Source: Giardia intestinalis
Taxonomy: Eukaryota
DNA: 64,000 nt
NCBI GenBank assembly: GCA_000002435.2
Contig: CM018793.1
Reading direction: 5' to 3' (one strand)
Shown here: positions 59,693-64,000 of the stretch, one piece after another
Numbering within the stretch: the stretch's first letter is position 1
Layout: each line of letters starts with the position of its first letter
Position numbers and translations under genes: made by a program
The notes under the pieces: generated by a model
Seen by the model: the letters and a program-made list of their open reading frames with translations, nothing else
Told to the model about the DNA's origin: nothing
The model's database searches: none

Positions 59693-61333
59693 TTAATTAA
59701 CCATTTCAGTGCAAGTTTTGGCCAGTATTTCCTTTACGTCGCACCCTTTAGTACCAAAATCGCGTTCTAGACGATCCTTGAACCTGCTGCAAAAGCCCTT
59801 GTAATCTTTGTCGTCGTCTTTCTGGGTGTTAATGGCACATTCTTTATCGTAGTCCCTGGCCTTTTCATAGTCAGATAGCAAGTGGGAGGTCTGCTTGGCG
59901 AGGTCCCACGAAAAATCAGGGTTTGTTTTGTCAAATGTGGTTGGGACAGTCATGTGATATGCATCTGTAGCTTGCCACACTACAGAGTTGCATTTGAAGC
60001 CACTGCCGAATGCTATTTGCCACACCTTGTGGCCGGGCTTAACTCCACTTTGGCATTCGTGATAGGCAAGCTCATACCAAACAGAACTACTGGATGTGTT
60101 ACCATACCGGTAAAGAGTGGCTCTTGAGGCAGCCATCTGTTGCTCACTGAGGTGCAGCAGTCGTTCCATTTCATCCAGTACTGCACGACCACCTGTGTGA
60201 AAGCACAGGTGGTTAAATATTTTACCCACATTAGGCATAAAGGGAGCAGCATCTTTTCTGCTTGTCTTCCGAACGTTACTGAGCATTTGATGCCACAAGA
60301 ACCGGCATATTTCCGTTACTGGCATGAATTTCTTAAAGACTATCTTCATATTGTCATGCAGCGCCTTTCCTGCACACCGCGGAACGCTTTTATTGATGAT
60401 GACCCCAATATTGCCCTTTTGGTCAGCCGTTTGGTATACACATCTGTAACTGTCGTCGCTCCCCCCGTGGTGAGTCCTCACGAGTCCCAGAAGCTTGTAC
60501 TTTGCATATATGGTTTTTGGGTCCCTTGCGTCGCTTCTAGATCCCTTTATCCTATATGATGGATTGTTGGAGAATAAAACAGCAGAGCAGCCCATCCGAA
60601 ATAGCACGTTCTGCATCAGCATGCTGCGCTCTTCTCCGCGATAAAAATTCTGTGTCATGTTCTCTGTTGATACTAGCAGTATAAGTCCTGGAGAATCATG
60701 CATTATGGCTCTGATAAGATCGACTCCAATAATAGAAGCAGAGCACCCCATGCCACCCAAAGAAAAGCTTCTTACATTCTTGTTCAGCCCGTACTTGTTG
60801 ACGATCATAGCGGAGAAGCTGGGTGTAGGACAAAAGAGGCTACAGTTAGTTACTACCCCCGAAATGGCCTTAGGGTCTATCCCTGTTTTCTCCAGGAGGG
60901 CGTCAATTGCGCCGAATATGACCAGCTCGGCCTCTTCTCTTGCAGTCTTAATAGTACAGTTGAAATCTCTCAGGGATCTTGGAATATGTGTAGACGGGCC
61001 TAAGCCTGTCCCCTCACATATCCGACGCATGAACTTCATGGACTCAGCTGGGTAATGAAAGCTTTCAAGCGCCAAGTTCAGTAGCTGCTCATTTGTCGTC
61101 TTGTAGATCTCCTCGTCGGGCTGAAATACTGCGAAATCTAGCAGATAAAGTGCCCTGGCATCCGCTGCGGCTGCGCGCATGTAAGCCACTGTTATCAGCA
61201 GCACTGTAGTTACACATAGGCAGCACAACACCAGGGGGCTGCTTTGGAGCTCAGGGATGACCCTGTAGTTTATACCATCAGCAGCCCAGTCCCATGCATA
61301 CTCAGCTGCATGAAGCCATGACCAGCCAGCCAT
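59693..61333 (-). CDS. FAE1/KCS-type 3-ketoacyl-CoA synthase (type III PKS-like condensing enzyme) with about 100-aa C-terminal extension
   Basis: Collinear with plant KCS: YLLDF, SLGGMGCSAS (active Cys), LCFHTGGRAVLDE (His), YGNTSSSSVWYELAY (Asn), WQIAFGSGFKCNS. Confidence 0.85.
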   Translation of the reverse strand: MAGWSWLHAAEYAWDWAADGINYRVIPELQSSPLVLCCLCVTTVLLITVAYMRAAAADARALYLLDFAVFQPDEEIYKTTNEQLLNLALESFHYPAESMKFMRRICEGTGLGPSTHIPRSLRDFNCTIKTAREEAELVIFGAIDALLEKTGIDPKAISGVVTNCSLFCPTPSFSAMIVNKYGLNKNVRSFSLGGMGCSASIIGVDLIRAIMHDSPGLILLVSTENMTQNFYRGEERSMLMQNVLFRMGCSAVLFSNNPSYRIKGSRSDARDPKTIYAKYKLLGLVRTHHGGSDDSYRCVYQTADQKGNIGVIINKSVPRCAGKALHDNMKIVFKKFMPVTEICRFLWHQMLSNVRKTSRKDAAPFMPNVGKIFNHLCFHTGGRAVLDEMERLLHLSEQQMAASRATLYRYGNTSSSSVWYELAYHECQSGVKPGHKVWQIAFGSGFKCNSVVWQATDAYHMTVPTTFDKTNPDFSWDLAKQTSHLLSDYEKARDYDKECAINTQKDDDKDYKGFCSRFKDRLERDFGTKGCDVKEILAKTCTEMVN

Positions 61334-61441
61334 TTTTAACGGTCATGTGTACCATCCTCTGTAGACCAAGTATACTGTACGGTAGCATGTAAACCATCAC
61401 AACCAAATCCAAGCAAATTTAAAGAAAAGAAAAGACACATT

Positions 61442-62830
61442 TTGCACAGAATGAATATACTGAAGGATCCGACTCTCTTGGAGGCCACATGGGCTAACAT
61501 TTCTGCTAACAACGGAGAGTCTAAGCAGCAAACGACCTTGTTTTCGCCCGTTTCAACGGAGTCAGAACATGAACCTTTGGCTGAAGTGCGCGCGTCTCAA
61601 GCAGAATTCTTTCGTTTTGTTGTCTTAAAGGTTAAGGAGTCTTCACAGGTACTTGGGTTCTCGCGTATTCCCGTTGTGGTTGAGGTTTCCCAGGTCATTC
61701 CTGACCCGCGGTTGCTTCCCTATGGATCGGCGGACATGGCGCGCTTTCTCAACCACTTGGGGTCAGATATCATTAAGACAGGAGTTGCAGATCATCTTTC
61801 TTTCCCGAGTCTCTTCAGTGGCCTTGTATTCCTCGTGAATAGTCAGTTTTGCGACATGCCCAGGCTTCAATCGCGGTTTGCAGAGTTGAGCCCCACTCTA
61901 CGGCAAGTTGGGCTGGATGATCGTGTACTGGGGTCCTTTGCTGCGTTGTCTCACGGGTTTTTGGGGCGAAATCTCAACAGAGTCGTAGAGATAGCCAAAC
62001 GAGGACTGCACGACGCAGACAGACCCCTTGCCTGGTCCATTCTGCTTGGGACAGTAAATGCCGCAGGGGACACAATTGAGCCTCTTCAAGGAGTCCCACT
62101 CACGCTTCCTCCTGCTGCAGACGTCGGAGAGGGGATGATCCTCTATACTGACCTCTTACTCCAAGCGGATGTGTTGACCACATGTACAGATGAGCACCAC
62201 TTTCTTTTCAACGACAGCGTGCTCCGCCTCCTCAGCTGTTTCATTAACACTCCCCTTCAGTGGCACGGTGCCCGCAAGTATCTCGGACCAACCTTAAAGT
62301 CCACGAGTGGTGACATCATTCCAGCCAGTGGCATCTTCCCCTTTCGAGGAATGTCCAGCTACGTTGCACCGCTCCTCTTCCTGTACAAGGAGGAGTCCGT
62401 CCTCCCGCACCTTCAGATACTATACACACGATACTATTGTCGGCTACACACCATAGAGGGACTTGCACCCCTTATGGGGTTGGCTGAACTCCTTATCGCC
62501 GAAGGCTGCCCCGACCTAGTAGTAAAATTCAGGATGCTTCAAGCGCAGAGTCCAGACATCAGCCTCTGCAGCATCATTGTGCCGTGGCTCATGACTGGAT
62601 TTGCAGGATATCTTATGCCACGAGAATACTTTCAATTGTGGGATCGAATATTGGGATACAACGCTTTGGAGCTTCTTTCGGTTTTCGCAGCAGCCATACT
62701 CATCCTCAAATCTCCCACTTTGGTTGGCCTTTCAGACCCACATGACGTAAAGTACTATTTAAGCGATCTGAGTGGCATCCAGACAGTCTCTCTCCTACAA
62801 TTGGCGCTATTCTCCGTTGACAAAAAATAG
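61442..62830 (+). CDS. possible TBC (Rab-GAP)-like domain protein lacking obvious Arg/Gln fingers
   Basis: C-terminal PWLMTGFAGYLMPREYFQLWDRILGYNALELLSVFAAAIL resembles TBC helices. IxxDxxR and YxQ motifs not found. Confidence 0.35.
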   Translation: MHRMNILKDPTLLEATWANISANNGESKQQTTLFSPVSTESEHEPLAEVRASQAEFFRFVVLKVKESSQVLGFSRIPVVVEVSQVIPDPRLLPYGSADMARFLNHLGSDIIKTGVADHLSFPSLFSGLVFLVNSQFCDMPRLQSRFAELSPTLRQVGLDDRVLGSFAALSHGFLGRNLNRVVEIAKRGLHDADRPLAWSILLGTVNAAGDTIEPLQGVPLTLPPAADVGEGMILYTDLLLQADVLTTCTDEHHFLFNDSVLRLLSCFINTPLQWHGARKYLGPTLKSTSGDIIPASGIFPFRGMSSYVAPLLFLYKEESVLPHLQILYTRYYCRLHTIEGLAPLMGLAELLIAEGCPDLVVKFRMLQAQSPDISLCSIIVPWLMTGFAGYLMPREYFQLWDRILGYNALELLSVFAAAILILKSPTLVGLSDPHDVKYYLSDLSGIQTVSLLQLALFSVDKK

Positions 62831-62831
62831 C

Positions 62832-63665
62832 ATGTCCATCGTCGACTGCGCATCGCACCTGCGAGACATCTTCAACAACACTGTGCCAGCATTTGAAACA
62901 GATCCTGATACTATCAAGTACCTAGCGCCACTACTTAAAGAGTATAAAAGCATCGTGCAAGCAATTGATGAGATGAAACAGATCCTGACTTGCAGAATTT
63001 GCGCAGCTGAAGCCGAACAGCAAATTCTGAAGGCAGAACTAGAGCAAATAGACCCATCCTATCATGAAAGATTTTCTCCCAAGGTTCTTCAGGCTGCGCG
63101 ATCTCTATCAACAATTGTCTCAAAGCTTGCCACCACAGCGTCTTCAAATAGCATATCACCTAGTAGGCCTTATGGGAGTGAGATTGTAAGCCAGCTTACT
63201 GTCCTAGAACTAGAGCTGTTGTTCTTCGAAGCCCAGCTGACAGAAATAGATGGGAAGCAGGAGCAAATGAGGAAAGTCTTGCAGAGTTTACACCAACAGC
63301 GCAAGAAGCTTAATGAGTTTAATAACGGAACACACTTGGAAAACATACTTCTTCATGAGCAGAAACAGATTGGCACGTTGGCAGAGATAGAGCAAACAAC
63401 TGCCAATCTGGAACAGTCCATGGCTGTATTGGAGGCCAGGCTGCAGTCCTTTGGAGCTAATATGGATCATTTTAACATAGAGGCTCTTGCAAAGGGCACA
63501 CAGGAGCTCGCCGCGACACAACAAAGGATTACGGAGATGCTTGCAACCCCCGAATATGATGCGATTGCAGGCATCCCACAAGTGAGTCCTAAGGAGCTGG
63601 ACGCGGAGATAGAGCGCATAAGGGGAGAGCTTAACGAACTTATTGAGCAACTTGAAGAGGTGTAG
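62832..63665 (+). CDS. hypothetical coiled-coil protein
   Basis: Supplied start 62772 is GTG. First ATG is at 62832, immediately after the upstream stop. Heptad-rich Q/E/L sequence. Confidence 0.5.
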   Translation: MSIVDCASHLRDIFNNTVPAFETDPDTIKYLAPLLKEYKSIVQAIDEMKQILTCRICAAEAEQQILKAELEQIDPSYHERFSPKVLQAARSLSTIVSKLATTASSNSISPSRPYGSEIVSQLTVLELELLFFEAQLTEIDGKQEQMRKVLQSLHQQRKKLNEFNNGTHLENILLHEQKQIGTLAEIEQTTANLEQSMAVLEARLQSFGANMDHFNIEALAKGTQELAATQQRITEMLATPEYDAIAGIPQVSPKELDAEIERIRGELNELIEQLEEV

Positions 63666-63733
63666 GAGTATAGGGGTTGAGGTGGAGTTTAGTAGGCTAG
63701 AAGAAGCTTCCAAAACGATCTCGTTCCATTGCT

Positions 63734-64000
63734 TCACGAAAACCTGGTGTTGCAGAAATTATTACGATGCTTCCTGGCGGCAGATCGACTGAGGACTCGG
63801 CGCCCAGCAAGCCAGATATGGCGTGTGTTAAGCTTGTATAGTTTCTTGCACTGCTCTATTGTGTGCAGCACGGGTTGGACTCTGCCACCGGATGACAGCA
63901 GAATTGGTTTGTTTCTTATGCATCTGTTCAAGTGAAAGGCGTGGTATACATTCCCAGAAACGTCGTCCTCCAATACCAGCTCCACGGTTAGCCCACTGTC
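63734..64000 (-). CDS. partial ORF (C-terminal portion; 5' end beyond window)
   Basis: Open frame continues to the window edge (the supplied ORF start at 63985 is GTG with sense codons upstream). Function not determinable. Confidence 0.3.
   Translation of the reverse strand, partial: DSGLTVELVLEDDVSGNVYHAFHLNRCIRNKPILLSSGGRVQPVLHTIEQCKKLYKLNTRHIWLAGRRVLSRSAARKHRNNFCNTRFS

Noticed and set aside
63734-64000. Partial minus-strand ORF at the window edge as an Mre11-like metallophosphoesterase (LVLEDDVSG / ILLSSGG / LHT..E...K)
   Set aside because: The DxH and GDxxH motifs are not actually present, and the resemblance rests on a few residues. Too little sequence in the window.
1-64000. Prokaryotic feature classes (CRISPR arrays, operons, Shine-Dalgarno sites, rho-independent terminators, IS elements)
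   Set aside because: The gene content (kinesins, proteasome, ASF1, CTU1, VSP/HCMP, ankyrin 21.1-like) and the AGTRAAY 3' signals indicate a diplomonad eukaryote. No direct-repeat/spacer arrays or IS-like terminal inverted repeats were seen.

Overview
This 64-kb window reads as a compact protist chromosome segment, most likely Giardia intestinalis or a close relative. The evidence for that is two identical 627-aa variant-specific surface protein (VSP) genes ending in the CRGKA tail with CXXC/GGCY motifs, an AGTAAAC (AGTRAAY-type) poly(A) signal 9 nt after the VSP stop, a neighbouring high-cysteine membrane protein, ankyrin plus coiled-coil 'protein 21.1'-like genes, and very short or overlapping intergenic spacers. 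All of this is inferred from sequence alone.

The main structural feature is a perfect ~8.4-kb inverted duplication: arms at ~19323-27718 and ~29420-37815, with every mirrored ORF pair summing to 57138 and no indels visible at ORF level. The arms are separated by a ~1.7-kb unique GC-rich spacer, and each arm carries one VSP gene pointing inward (convergent, tail-to-tail). Each arm also holds ~6 kb with no credible ORF, which is unusual for this gene-dense genome. Canonical G-quadruplex motifs sit within ~5 bp of both inner junctions. The left outer breakpoint lies 395 bp downstream of the HCMP gene, and the right outer breakpoint ~23 nt upstream of the ATG of the next gene.

The flanks are densely packed with recognisable genes: a PPP-family Ser/Thr phosphatase, a TRM11-like tRNA methyltransferase, a bacterial-type MTA/SAH nucleosidase, a 1627-aa ankyrin plus coiled-coil protein, and a tandem thioredoxin-like pair (one copy lacking CxxC). 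Further genes are a CTU1/NCS6 tRNA thiolase, a divergent phosphoglucomutase-like candidate pseudoenzyme, two kinesins, an ankyrin protein, a TcdA/ThiF-like E1, proteasome alpha-2, an ASF1-like protein, a plant-type 3-ketoacyl-CoA synthase, a TBC-like protein, and several hypothetical or coiled-coil proteins.

No rRNA, tRNA, CRISPR array or intact transposon could be supported by eye. Start coordinates were moved to the first ATG where the supplied ORF began at TTG or GTG.
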